A stretch of DNA of 64,000 bases, taken from positions 99,440 through 163,439 of the forward strand of contig MU008225.1 of assembly GCA_010909165.1 (NCBI GenBank), in the 5' to 3' direction. Positions 1-15,458 of this stretch are shown here, one piece after another; within the stretch, counting starts at the first letter, position 1, and each line of letters begins with the position of its first letter. A program made the position numbers and the translations under genes. Origin of the DNA: Anthoceros angustus (lineage: Eukaryota; Plantae; Anthocerotophyta). A model generated the notes under the pieces. The model had not been told where the DNA came from, did not search any database, and saw nothing but the letters and a program-made list of their open reading frames with translations.

Positions 1-771
1 TCAAGGCCATGTCCAGCTCATAATAGCCGCGACACCATTCTACTCCGCAGCGCAAACCCTGTTGTGACCCCATCCACTCACCAGCTGTGACAAACCGCCG
101 GTTGTACTGCATTCTTTTATGTGCCCTCCCCTTGGGCTTCTTTTTCTTGTCCTGCTTCGCCACCTTCGGTGTCTGACCTCGCACCTTCCCGGCACGGGCC
201 AACGATCCGTGAACCTTACCTGCACACCAAACACTACCGTCAGCAAAAACCACACAAGGCGGCACAGGCACGGGATTTCCTGTCACGAATAAAGAGTCCA
301 GAACGCCAAGGGAAGGGAACGCACTCATAGCTACCGCCTGCAGATGCGATTTCCGGGAGAAGCAGCGCGAGCTCTAGGGACAGACAGTGCAAGAATAACG
401 GAAGGAGTGAAAGACTGTCCAAAGAGGCCACCGCCGACTCATACAGACCAAACCTAAGCCCTGGACCAAGGAGTTCATAAGTAGGTACCGACCTAGATAG
501 GTAAAATACTAAGTATATAAACTAAACGGACATTTGTTGTGTTATTATTTTTAGGTGAATCGGTAGAAAATTATTTTTATTTATTTTAAATATGATAAAT
601 GATCTATATTTAGAAAATAAAAAATAATATTATACTCACTCTACGCTCGAGGTGTTAAGACTCAGGGGTCCCTTTTTCCTCTACCTCAATAGCAAACTCA
701 AGAGTTTCTAATATTAGTCTTTGATCCTTAGTTTAGCTTAATTCGATATATATTTATTTAACATTCCTGAT

Positions 772-1125
772 TACCGTACCGGAGGGGTGGTTCAACAGGA
801 TAATGCAGAAATAATCATTTTTTGAAAAAAATAAGGTTCAACATACATATTTATATTTTTCAAAATTTCAATATTTACAAAAAATAATTTTTATTAAATT
901 TCAATATTTATTAAAATACATAGGTATATATATATAACTAATGGATATGTATAGACCTCCCCTAAACAGGCCCTAAGTTTCCACAAAAACCCTAATTTCC
1001 TTGTTTTCGGCATCATAAACTCATAAATTTTTACCTATTCAACATTTTAAGTATAATAATTTCTGGATTTTCAAATTTTGCTAATTTTAATTAATTAACG
1101 CCGAATCACCCCTTGGAGTACGGTA
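772..1125. mobile_element. Candidate MITE (~350 bp, AT-rich) with imperfect ~25-bp terminal inverted repeats and TA flanks; Tc1/mariner-pogo-like CCGTA termini
   Basis: Left end TA|CCGTACCGGAGGGGTGGTTC (772-793). Reverse complement of the right end (1101-1125) is TA|CCGTACTCCAAGGGGTGATTCGG. The interior is non-coding and very AT-rich. Confidence 0.5.
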
Positions 1126-1686
1126 CATATAAGTTTGAGAGTTTCAAGCATTCACATTATGGAACTTAGTTAAGTGCCAAGGTCTATTTAGTTAGGTGCC
1201 GATATGCAAAGCGCTTCTCCAACCTACTCATACGCTCGCATGTTGCAGGGGCGAGTGCGAGGCCAAGGGCGACAACGATGGACAGGGACTGGTGACACTC
1301 TACCATGTAAGGATGATTTGCAGCCATCAGCCTCGCCCCCATATTATGAGCCGTCGGGCAAGATGGAGAAGGTGACAGTCATGGTTACTACTCTGGATTA
1401 TGCGCTTCAACAAAGGGTGACTGTCATGGACAGAACTTCAATTGAGTTCGAGGTTGGGAAACAGATAGAAGGTAGGCCAACCATCTTGGATACCACGCCC
1501 ATCCTTCGGATTGGCAAGGAGGAAGAAGATGCCACGAGACAACGGCAATGGTTTCTTGATGGGTCTGTTGTGCAGGAAGGGGATGATCAATTTGAAAGAA
1601 GCAGGAACGAGGATGCGGGTGCAGATGATCACAACGCAAGCTTCTAGTCCAAGCCTTTATCAAAGTCTTTGATTGAGCCAAGCCCA

Positions 1687-4336
1687 ATGAAGCGTAGGCA
1701 GTATCCGAGCCAAAAAATGAGAGGGACTATGAAGTTGTATTGCATTGAGCAAATACAGAACGCATGGTCTTCACATTGCTGTGGCAACGGATGTTTGCTG
1801 AAATTGGGAAAGAAGAATATAGAGAGCCTGAGACACTACTTCTTGGGAATGCCACGAGAGCAACATGAACTAAATTTGGAAGGATTGCTTGAGGTAGAAC
1901 AAGTGAACTCCACTCGCAGTAAGGTGCTCAATTTCTTTTTGGGAGACGTCAGGACCCAATGTTGGGATCGAAGTTTTCGAAAAGTGTTCTGTATTGGATG
2001 GCGAAGATATCAGCATCTGAAAGACAGAGTCCTCAGGAACACACCTTGGTCATAGGAGTTTCAAGGACGCCCAAAGGGAGATCATGTTCTAGAATGCATT
2101 GCTTGGATGAAATAGTTTTTCAAGCTTACAGCTGAACGAATTCCCAATGTTCCCATTTTCAACTTGCTTGATTCATACACCAAAGGAGAGATTTCCAAGA
2201 CTATAAACGCGAGGTTTTAAGAGCTGATTTGATTAACGTCTCTCACTCTCACTTCTGTGCTTTGTGAAAGAAACATTTCCCAAAGTCAAGATACTAAAGT
2301 GTAGCCGTTTTGTCTTCTATTTGGCTTCTATGACTTGAGTGCACGCACTCCAGTGGACGGGGCTGGAGTGTGCGCATTTATGCGCGCATTTGTGCAGCTA
2401 ACGTTCTATTTGCGCCCACGGATGTCCAAACTTCTTTTTGGCAAATTCTGCATGGTGCATATTAACATGAACCTGACGGCAGTCTTGCCAATGTGCATTT
2501 GTGGTGATAGAGGTCCATGAGCAGCACCTCCGTGCACATCGATTGGCGATCAAGCAGGAGCGGCTCAAACTTGCAAAACACCATTTGAAGTGTAAGGGAC
2601 AACCTAGCAAATACATCGGCATTGCGATAGACGGAATGGATCAAAGCAAGACGGAGCTATCACATTTTACTGGCCCCCCGAAGAATTTTGCAGATGGGCT
2701 TATTCGTGTTCATGTAGTGGGTTGTTTGTTGTACAACAACATTATGAGGACCAAGGTATTTGTCAACTTCTCGAATATTCGAAACAATGCCAATTTAACT
2801 ATATATATCATCCAGGATATTATTCTCAACTATGACAAAGTTCTACCGAAGACGTTTTACTTGCAACTTGACAACATGGTCAGAGAAAACAAAAATATGT
2901 TGTTGTTTGCATACTTAAGTATGCTTGTCAAGAAGCGGGTCTTCGATAAAATGAAAGTTGGATTTCTTCTTGTCGCGCATACGCATGATACAGTTGATCA
3001 AATGTTCTCATGCTTTTCTAAAAGTCTCAAGCACAAAAAGGCAATGTCACTAGAAACCCTTATGACTTTGATTGAATAGGAGTATACACCTAATCCAGAA
3101 GTAAAAATGGTTTCTGAGGTGGCCGATTTCAGGAGCATTGTTTGGCCCAATGGGATGGGTAAAAGGGGGGCACAAGATGCCGCATTTTGGATTTTGCACA
3201 ATCATAGTTATCAACATCAATTCAAAATTTCTAGAGAAGGAAGAGCTGGCGGAGCAACGGTAATAGTTCTTCGCGGAAAACCACATTCTACTAACTCACA
3301 TTGGGAACCTTTGGAGGGTTTGGAGTTCCTTCGTAGGATACCTAAAACAGAAATACTGGGAGCGCCTTTATGTCCTCTTCAAGTACATGGGAAACTTCCG
3401 GATGCAGACCCTCATAAAGCAAACCTGTTCCACCATACTTTGTCCTCGACAGAAAGGTACTTTTGCATCGGCTCTTCGAGAGCTTTCGTAATGGGAGTGG
3501 TACAACAATGAGCAGATTGAGCAAAACCCAAACCCCATCGCTGTTCCAGATGTCTTCGTTCTTCCTGCTCCAGTTTCACGAAACCTTGAACCTCGTCACA
3601 TGTATCTCGGGAATTATAGGCCACCGGGTGCCAGAGTCGTAGGGTTGGCGAGATTTGATGGAGATGTGTCCGAGAACAGACGAGGCCATATGATTGCAGT
3701 TCCATGTGAGACAGATGATCAAAATAGGCCTTTTTGGATCGCTGAAGTCTAGGACTTGGATTTACATGCGACGAGCCTTACCTAGTTGTCCAATGGTGGA
3801 TGATAGAGAATAGCAATGCGTTCAAAGGAAGGTACCTACCAGAGGAGATATTGGCTCCAAGCAACAGTGATAGAGAGGGATTGCGGGAACGGAGGAAGCA
3901 ACCGAAGCATCTGGATCATCTATTGATATATAAGACATTGATTTTAGCATACGGGTTCTCTTTTGCAAGGGATAACACTCTACAAATGCGAACGCAAGAG
4001 CTCATCAAGAGAAAGTTGTTTGATATTCAACATCTACTAGGAGTGCAAGAAGATCATACAAATGAGGAGATAAGTGCAAACCACCCATCAGAAGAAGAAT
4101 TCGGAATGGACCAAAATGTTGTTTCGGATCAAAACCCCGAAATTAAGAAGGGAGTAGAAGTGCAAGCAGGCGCCGATGATGATGTGCAACCGACTTGCAA
4201 TTCTGCTCCAATCACGACAAGGACCCGTGGCAGAGGCAATGGAATGGCGAGTGCTATTGGTGCTTTTGAAGGCATGTTTGAGGATAACCTGGTACCAAGT
4301 CACCACCGAAAGTGGTGGAAACATCTTAAAGGATAA
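1687..4336 (+). pseudogene. Decayed DNA-transposon transposase, Sola-like DDD (DUF7869-type); broken by stops and frameshifts
   Basis: ORF fragments carry an N-terminal HCCGNGC motif, then IAIDGMDQSK, LPKTFYLQLDNMVRENKN and KVGFLLVAHTHDTVDQMFS. These match the D..DN.xENKN..GHTH.D.DQ.FS catalytic pattern. In-frame stops occur at e.g. 2055, 3079 and 3511. Confidence 0.7.
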
Positions 4337-5970
4337 AAAGTAGATAGGGTGTTCTTCGTTACATTAGGGCATAGGATATATCTATGAGAGCGGTCTAGGT
4401 GAATTCGTGCCGTTGTCTGCAACTTGTGTTTTCAACGGGAGTTTTGGCACATCCGAAGACCTATGAAAGTCCATGTTTTCCCATTAAAATATCTTTTCCC
4501 CTGATCTTTCTCCATAGTGCGTGCACAAGTTTGCGTAGAGCCTTGTAGCGTGCGCGCAAGTGCGCGCCTAGGTCCTCCTGGAATACAAAATCATGGAGGA
4601 CCACACAAAATTAGGGAACCACAGACATGCGGAAATAATGGAACAAAGAGGTCACTGACCCTTCATCATGCCTACTAAATTGCCATGAACAAAATTTAAG
4701 AAGTGGCTAGCTTGGTGTAAATGACCTGACATGAAGTGGCACCGCAGTTGTGAATGCCAGAAACCGATGAATGAACACCCTTCAAAAACAATAAAAACTA
4801 AACCAATTTGAATTTTCGGCGGAAAAGGGTTGGGATTTTTACCAAAACCCCTTTTGGCAAGAGAAACCCCTTTCTACCCAGACGCGGTTTAACCACATCG
4901 TCCATATATCCTCGAATCGTACACTTTAGTATCTACTATTTTATGGAAACTGTGTTACCAAATCCTAGTTCTTAACGAAGGCCTACTCCACAATGAACAT
5001 CATTTCAACAATGTTCAAGCGGCGATTGAAATAAAAGTTACATGCGAGTTAACGAGACCAAACACAACAACAAAAAAACAATAACCTTTGAGGGAAGTAA
5101 ATGTAAGTAATCATACACATACAACAATTAGAGAATACGGTATAGCCTCCGGGGTATTAAGCATACATGGATTATAAGGTGATTGCGAAGATGATAATTT
5201 TTGTTTTTCAGACGTGATCCCAGAAATTAATCATACAACTTTGAGAGGATAGATCATAATTTAGGCAGTTTACAGGCCTTGAGACTCAGGTGCTCAACAT
5301 TTTCTAGATGGAGGGAGCATAGTTCTGATTTTGGGTGCCTAGCATGGTCTAGTTGGATGGAACATGGTTTTGATTTTGTTTGCTTGTGCAATCCTTTTGT
5401 TTTTTGCGTTGTAAGGACCGGTATATCTTTCTATATGAGTCTCGACGACATGCCAAGTTGAAACGTTGGCCATGACCCTCGACTGGCTTAACAAAAGAAA
5501 ATATTGTAGAGGAAAACCTCTAACAGTTTTTGTTATTTAGCTATCATCAACTTACACTAAGATAAATCATCAAATTACACTATGTGTGGCCATTCTGGGC
5601 TAAATAGTCTTTTCAGCTTCCAATTCATTGGAATAATTATATGGAACTATAAACACCTATCTAATTTTTACTCTTAACTTATCTTCAACTTACTTCGAAC
5701 TTATCACCTAATACGTAAGGGATCGATGTTGCTCCACTTTCTTTTGAACTACCTCAGTGAAAATAGAGCAAGATATGTTCAAGGTAGCCTCGTAAGACAG
5801 TTTTATAATAGACGACCCCGTAAGGCTTCTTACGGCAGGGGTGCATAACACCCCATCCCAGTAGTGATGGGACCGTGGAGTTCCAATGGACCCACATGTA
5901 GAGGTCCCTTATAGACGCCCCACTATTTCGTCCCTATGAACAAATTAGGCGGCGCTTGTTTTCGCGCCAA

Positions 5971-6428
5971 TGTAGCTATCTATCCACTTAGTAACAAAGC
6001 TGGCTTGAGTGCTTTGCAAGAAAGCTCCATGCAGAGGCATGTTTAGAAGAGCAGCTTACTAAGAGCATGTTAAGCATGCAGCCCTAGAAAGTGTATGGTA
6101 GTAAATAATAGCTTAAAGCTTAAGTAAGTAGTCACTAAGATTGTAGCCAGGGCTTGTGTATAAAAGGAGACCTAACCCTGGGCTAAAGATAGTTCAGCCT
6201 TGAGAGTTTGTTGCTTGGGCTGTGCCTTGAGAGCACTTGTTGCTAGGGTTGTAAGCACCTAAGGGGAGTGCTGTGAAGGAGCTTTGTGGAGGAGGTCAAG
6301 TGAAGGGAGAACTAAGCTCCTAGCTTAGGCAAAGATGGGGAGTTCTCTCTAGCCCTCAAAGATGGGGAGTTCTCTCTAGTGCTGTGTTTGGTGCTGATTT
6401 ATTACTCTAGTTTTGCTTCTAACTACGT
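5971..6428 (+). mobile_element. LTR-like remnant (possible solo LTR)
   Basis: Begins TGTAGCTA and ends TAACTACG (imperfect inverted match). Internal TATAAAAGG at ~6159 and a duplicated 22-mer AAAGATGGGGAGTTCTCTCTAG (6331-6379). No convincing target-site duplication and no coding region. Confidence 0.3.
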
Positions 6429-6516
6429 GATTTTCCCCACCCCGTTCAGGGGGTGTTACTTATTTGGTGAATATGCTACCAGAAAAATAATCGTTGAAAA
6501 ACAACTAGCGAGAAAA

Positions 6517-8793
6517 TTAGGTAGTGAATCCGTTGCCTTTGCCTTCCAATCGATAAATATGATGATGGGTAGATTTAGGTGGCGATGGGCATATCCAAGA
6601 TCCGCGTGCCTTTACGTCGAACGTATGTGGGAACGGCAAGCATGAGGGCGTGGGTGTAATAGCAACGGCTTGCCCAGGACTTAGACGATCGTCGACGGTT
6701 TGGCAAGCAAGCTTCTTATTCCCGACCAAGAAACTATGCACCAGCCCGTCCATGTCCGTCCAACAGCTCTGGCCTGGTTGCTTCCGTGCTTTGATTCTCT
6801 TTCTCATAGCGTGCATCTCCTGAGCCTGCTCCCACATCCGGGCACCGGTGTAAATGCTCGACATCAAGAGATATGTTGCGGCATCCCTCTCATCTAGCTT
6901 CACTGCTTCATCGAAGGCACGGCGTCCTACATCCACATTACTCCACTTTCGACAGGCACTCATGAGAGTGTGAAAAATTGAAGTATTAAGCTCTCCAGAC
7001 ATTCTGCGTATTAGTGCTAGAGCCTCGTCCAGTTGTCCTGAACGGCCCAGAAGATCCACCATGCAGGTGTGGTGGTCAGCTGTGGGCGTGATGCCATACA
7101 GCCTGCTCATAGCCTCAAAGTACTCCTGCCCCTTGTCCACTAGACCCGTATGACTGCACACTGTTAGGACACTAAGGAATACGACACCATCTGGCTGTAT
7201 ACCATCCTCTCCCATTTTGAGAAGCAAGTCGAAGACCTTTTTGCTGTCACCTTGGCGAGTGTATCCTGCAATCAGAGCATTCCACACGACAATGTCTCGT
7301 TCGGGCAGCGCCTCGAACACTTGCTGCGCTTCAAGCATGCTACCACATTTTCCGTACATGTTTATCAAACTACCAGCTACAAGCACATCATCTTGAAGGC
7401 CTTGTTCTTTGATCTGTATGTGAAGCTCCCTTCCGAGATGCAAAGCTGCCACACTTGCACATGCCTGGAGGAGGCACACAAATGTCACTGCATTGGGTGC
7501 AACCACGCCTTCTTCTTGCATAGCCCTGTAAAGACCAAGGGCGTCCTGTCCCATGCCCTGCTGGGAATATCCTGCTATCATGGCACTCCATGTCACCACA
7601 TTCTTTCTTTCAAGTCCGTCAAACACACCCTGGGCATCCTCCAGGCTGCCACACTTTGCATACATGTTAACCAGGCCGTTGGCTACAAACACATCACCCT
7701 GAAGCCCTCGTCGTGTAATTTGCCTGTGCAGTTGCCTCCCAGTCTCCAAACCTGAGGTTCCCGCACTAGCACAAGCCTGCAGGAGGCACACAAACGTCAC
7801 AGAATCAGGTGCAGCCATGCCATCGTCTAACATTTCCCTGTACAGACCAAGTGCTTCCTCCCCCATGCTCTGCTGGGAATAACCTGCTATCATGGCATTC
7901 CATGTCACCACATTCTTCTCCCGAAGCCCGTCAAACACTCTTTGAGCGTCTTCCAAGCTGCCGCACTTGGCATACATGTCCACCAAGCCACTACAGACGA
8001 ACACATCAGGCTCCACCCCACTAGCCAAGACATCAGCATGCACCTGCAGCCCAGATTCCAAGTCCTTTCCCCTCGCACAAGCCTGAAGAGCAGCCACAAA
8101 CACATGACCATCCGCCTTCACACCGGACCCTCGCATCTCGTGATACAGCTGTACGGCCCGCTCATCTTCCCCCTGCCTAACGTGTGCAGAAATGACAGAA
8201 GACCACATGAAAGCATCTGGCTCTGCACCCATCCTAAACACGTCCATAGCTTCCTGCAGCCTGCCATGAGAAGCATACATCCGCAGAATGTGGTTGCACA
8301 AGAACGCGTCCGACTCATACCCCTTCTTCACAGCGAGGGCATGCACACGGCGACCCAAAGCCAAATCCTTCTTCACCACACACTCTTTCAGAACCGCATA
8401 CACAAGAGCTTTGGAGACACGACACCCCCTGTAGCCCAGGACTCCCAGAGCTGTGACAGCCTCCGTCAGCTGCCCCTGCTCACATAGCTTGGTCACGCTT
8501 TCAGCCGTCACCCGCCTTTCGTATCCTGCAGGTTTTGCACTGCCACTGCCACTGCCAATGCCACTGCGACTTCCTGCTTCTGCCAGCTGCCCATCAACCC
8601 CGCCTGCCCTTCGTGCAGAGGTGCTGCACCTCCCGCCTTCCTTGTCCGTCAAGGCCTGATCCCTTGAGCTCAAGTGAACGGGAGCCTTCCCGGTCACCTC
8701 ATCAACAATAATCTGTCTGGTGCAGTAAACCCATCCCCGAGTGCGATCCTGTTGCCCTTTGCTCGACGCAATTGCAACGTTCCAAGCAACCAT
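6517..8793 (-). CDS. PLS-class pentatricopeptide repeat protein with E1/E2 and PG-box, no DYW domain (organellar RNA-editing factor type); single exon
   Basis: 758-aa uninterrupted ORF with repeated P/L/S motifs (LVDMYAKCGSLEDA..VF..NVVTWNAMIAGY), HHTCMVDLLGRSG, an E domain, and KQPGQSCWTDMDGLVHSFLVG followed by non-homologous sequence. Confidence 0.92.
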   Translation of the reverse strand: MVAWNVAIASSKGQQDRTRGWVYCTRQIIVDEVTGKAPVHLSSRDQALTDKEGGRCSTSARRAGGVDGQLAEAGSRSGIGSGSGSAKPAGYERRVTAESVTKLCEQGQLTEAVTALGVLGYRGCRVSKALVYAVLKECVVKKDLALGRRVHALAVKKGYESDAFLCNHILRMYASHGRLQEAMDVFRMGAEPDAFMWSSVISAHVRQGEDERAVQLYHEMRGSGVKADGHVFVAALQACARGKDLESGLQVHADVLASGVEPDVFVCSGLVDMYAKCGSLEDAQRVFDGLREKNVVTWNAMIAGYSQQSMGEEALGLYREMLDDGMAAPDSVTFVCLLQACASAGTSGLETGRQLHRQITRRGLQGDVFVANGLVNMYAKCGSLEDAQGVFDGLERKNVVTWSAMIAGYSQQGMGQDALGLYRAMQEEGVVAPNAVTFVCLLQACASVAALHLGRELHIQIKEQGLQDDVLVAGSLINMYGKCGSMLEAQQVFEALPERDIVVWNALIAGYTRQGDSKKVFDLLLKMGEDGIQPDGVVFLSVLTVCSHTGLVDKGQEYFEAMSRLYGITPTADHHTCMVDLLGRSGQLDEALALIRRMSGELNTSIFHTLMSACRKWSNVDVGRRAFDEAVKLDERDAATYLLMSSIYTGARMWEQAQEMHAMRKRIKARKQPGQSCWTDMDGLVHSFLVGNKKLACQTVDDRLSPGQAVAITPTPSCLPFPHTFDVKARGSWICPSPPKSTHHHIYRLEGKGNGFTT

Positions 8794-9339
8794 CGCTCGC
8801 AGGAGCAGGAGTAGGCGCAGAAAAACACACGATCATTTCTCCCAACGAGCACTTGCATCACATGAAAGCCAGGTTTCGATCCTGGGAGCTGTGGACCACG
8901 GGGCCGGTTGTCTTCCGCGGCGCCAGTTCGATGCTCTTCGCCGTAGGCCCACTGTGTTTCAGAATGTTCGTAGAGCGACAGCTCGGCGTGAAAGTAAAAT
9001 TTCAAAATGAAAGTTAAGTATCCAGTTAGTAACTAAGTTTAATAGTACATATACAGGTATTAGGTGCTTAAGTACAGATAAGATTGCCAGCATCTCGATT
9101 GTCGACTGCTGACGCACGTGACTCTCTGCTCGAGCCTGACAGAACTGTCCACGGTCAACCCGGGATTCTCCCGTGTCGCATCTCTGACGCAGCAGTGCAC
9201 TCGAGGAATGCGTTAATCTCTCGAACTTGTTGCCAGGAATCGAAGCTCCCATCACATTTGGCTTCTGAATTGTGCGTGACTAGCATCGTGGTAGCGCTGG
9301 TTCCGGTGAGAAATCAAGATTGCGATTTGAGACGTGGCG

Positions 9340-11511
9340 ATGGCGTTCCCTGATTCGGTGCCCGAGCTGCTGGATGCTTCATCTGCAACAGTTTTCACGG
9401 TTTTGTCCCTGGGTGTGGCAACGTTAATGTTGGTGGTGCTGTTAGCCATTGGGCGGCAGGGGAAGAAGCCGCCGCTTCCTCCAGGCCCTTTCAATTGGCC
9501 TGTTGTGGGCAGCTTGTTTCTCGTAGGCCCGGAGCCTCATGTGTCCATGGCCAGGCTGGCTGAACGGTACGGCCCACTTGTGTACATGAGGCTGGGATCG
9601 CGGTCCACGTTGGTGGTCTCCAATGCAGAGGTGTGAGGGACTCCGAGGAGAATTACATACACCAGCTAGTTCATGTTGGATCAACTTGAAGAAGTTCACG
9701 TTGCACTGTAAGCTAATGCTTGTGGCTGTGTTGCAGATGGCAAGGGAAATCTACCTGGTGCACGATGCTGAGTTCGGGTCCCGTCCACCCATGATCGCTG
9801 GAGAGTATTTGAACTTTGATAACAACGGGTTGAGCTTCTCCCCCACTTCGGAACAATTGAAGCTGAGGCGGAAGATTATCAACACTGAGCTCCTGAGTGC
9901 GCACCGGATCAAGGATTTTCGAGATGTTCGGGAAGAGGAAGCGGCTGCAGTGGTGAATAAAGTGTGGGTATTGGATGGCTCGGGTGAGCCTCCCTCTCAC
10001 CACCATGGCATTGTGGAATCGCCATGCTGGTCTTGTTGAATTCATGTCTAGGCTCGTTTCCGGCATTTTTCTGTGACGCCCTGTGGCATTCTAGGGAGAG
10101 GCTGAGCCTTGTGCGTTGGTCAGGGAAAACAGTGGATGTGCTGGAACTCACGATTGGACACACCACCAACAGTATGTTTCGGATGGTGTTCGGCAAGCAG
10201 TTTGATGGATCCGGGGAAGTGCTGCAGTTCTTCAAGGAGCTTGAGAGTCACCTTGTGGATGTCGTGGGGAGGTTCAACATTGGAGAGTACATACCCTGGC
10301 TGCGGTGCGAGCCTTGTCCTGTCCAGTTTTGAATTCCTTCCATGTCTATGTCCATGTCCGTGACCTGAGGTTGCAACTGTGTGACATGGTTTGGAACAAC
10401 AGGTGGTTGGATTTGCAAGGCTTGGAGAAGGAATTCAAGAAACTCGGTGAAAGCCGGAAGCAGGTAATGCAGCCGATTGTTGAGGGGCACAAAAGAAGGC
10501 GTCAGGAAGGGTCGAGTTACGAGAAGTGCTTCCTGGATGTGTTGATGTCCCTGGAAGGCGAGAAGAGGTTCTCAGAGGCTGCCAGTTTGGCGGTGTGTGC
10601 GGTAAGCATCCGAGGACACCTACAAGCACAGGCCATGGCTACTGTTCTGGAGATGTCTGCTTGTCGGCAGCCTTACCACTGTCTGGTCTTGGATACGCTT
10701 GGACAGGATCTCACTGGTGCTGGGACACACACAACGGCCACTGTAGCGGAATGGTGCCTGGCGTACCTAATCCGCTACCCCCACGTCCAGGCCAAAGCTC
10801 ACGAGGAACTGGACAGAGTGGTAGGCAAAGCAAGACGTGTGGAAGAGTCTGACCTCCCAAAGCTGCCCTATATAGAGGTGGGACGATGCGCTGCTCCACG
10901 CTGCAATCTGTCTTTCGCTTCAGACCTGAAGGAGTCGGGGTTTCTCACAATCGTGTTGGTGCAGGCAATTGTGAAAGAGAGCCAAAGAATGCGGCCTGCA
11001 ACACTATTAGGTGTTCCTCACTACAACAGCAAGGAAGTAGTGGTTGCCGGCTACAGAGTACCCGCCAACACTCAAGTCTTCATCAACCAGTGGACGCTCA
11101 TGTACGACGAATCTACGTGGGAGAATCCCTCTGAGTTCAGGCCAGAAAGGTTTTTTGAACAAGACATCAGGCCATTCGGACAGGACTTCCGCTACCTTCC
11201 CTTTGGGACTGGACGACGAGGGTAGGTGCCCCGTCTTTTCCACGCAAGCATAGTCGATGACCAGATTTCAAGAGCATGTCTGAGTATGAAAATTGGGCTG
11301 CAGCTGTCCTGGAATACACCTCGCCATGACTACTCTCCCCCTCAGCCTGGCGACCATGCTGCATGCCTTCGAATGGGGGCTTCCTCCTGGACAGGCCATC
11401 GAAGACATGGACTTCTCTCAAGCTTTTGGATTGGTTGCCCCAATGAAAAAACCGCTTATCGCAGTGGCCACTCCAAGACTCCCAGTGAACGTGTACAAGA
11501 CCCATCTGTAG
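9340..11511 (+). CDS. Cytochrome P450, CYP71-clan-like, multi-exon
   Basis: N-terminal TM anchor, PPGPFNWP hinge, I-helix AGTHTT, K-helix ESQR, PERF, and heme motif FGTGRRG|CPG split by a GT-AG intron (~11222-11303). Stop TAG at 11509-11511. Confidence 0.93.
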
Positions 11512-11860
11512 TAGCGGGGGCTAATAATCCCTTGTATCCCCAGCTACTACCGGTAATCCCAATGCATAGGTGAACCTATGTAGCTACTCGAGGTACCTAG
11601 ACTATGGAAATACGCTCTAAGTCCGTGTTGTGGACACATCAACCTGTCCATAACACGGATTCAGGTAGATGGAGAGTCTACTGAGCTCTCACTCAACTAT
11701 GTAGGTCATACAAGCTATCATTCCTTTGGATAGTAGACCCTACGAGGTTACTGGCCGAAGGACTGAATAGGACTTGATGCCGTGAAAGGCAAATGGTGGG
11801 TGCGAAAGTCAGGACTATTTCAGAAGAACACTACCTATGGAAACAGGGTCTGCAGTTCTT

Positions 11861-15063
<3,203 letters not shown>

Positions 15064-15458
15064 TCAAATCTAAACCATATGTACTGCCCACTATTCCTTC
15101 ATTCCAATGAACGAGTAATGTATGCCGCCCAGAACTGCTTGATCATTCCCCTCTACGTCCCTCTGCGCAATCCAATGTGGATAAAAGCGTTCAGCGTGTA
15201 TCACCTGCGTCGCCAATTGATTCGGGTGCTAACGAATTCTCTCCTGGCTGGCGGCGTCTTTGTGTCAGCCTGTTCCGCAGTGGCTCTCCTTGGTTGCCGC
15301 ATCCTCAAGGAACCCCGTTTTCTACTGTCGCTGGTAAAGGCCAACCTGAAGAACTGGATTGGGTGGAGCAGGCTTGCAGGTCCCGCGCCGCCTTTGAAGA
15401 GAGGATGTTTTGCTGGATGTCACTGACGCACGTCAGGGGCTGATAGGATTGTTCCGTC

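Noticed and set aside
1204-1647. 147-aa ORF upstream of the transposase fragments
   Set aside because: No recognisable motif; probably the decayed N-terminal part of the same element rather than a separate gene.
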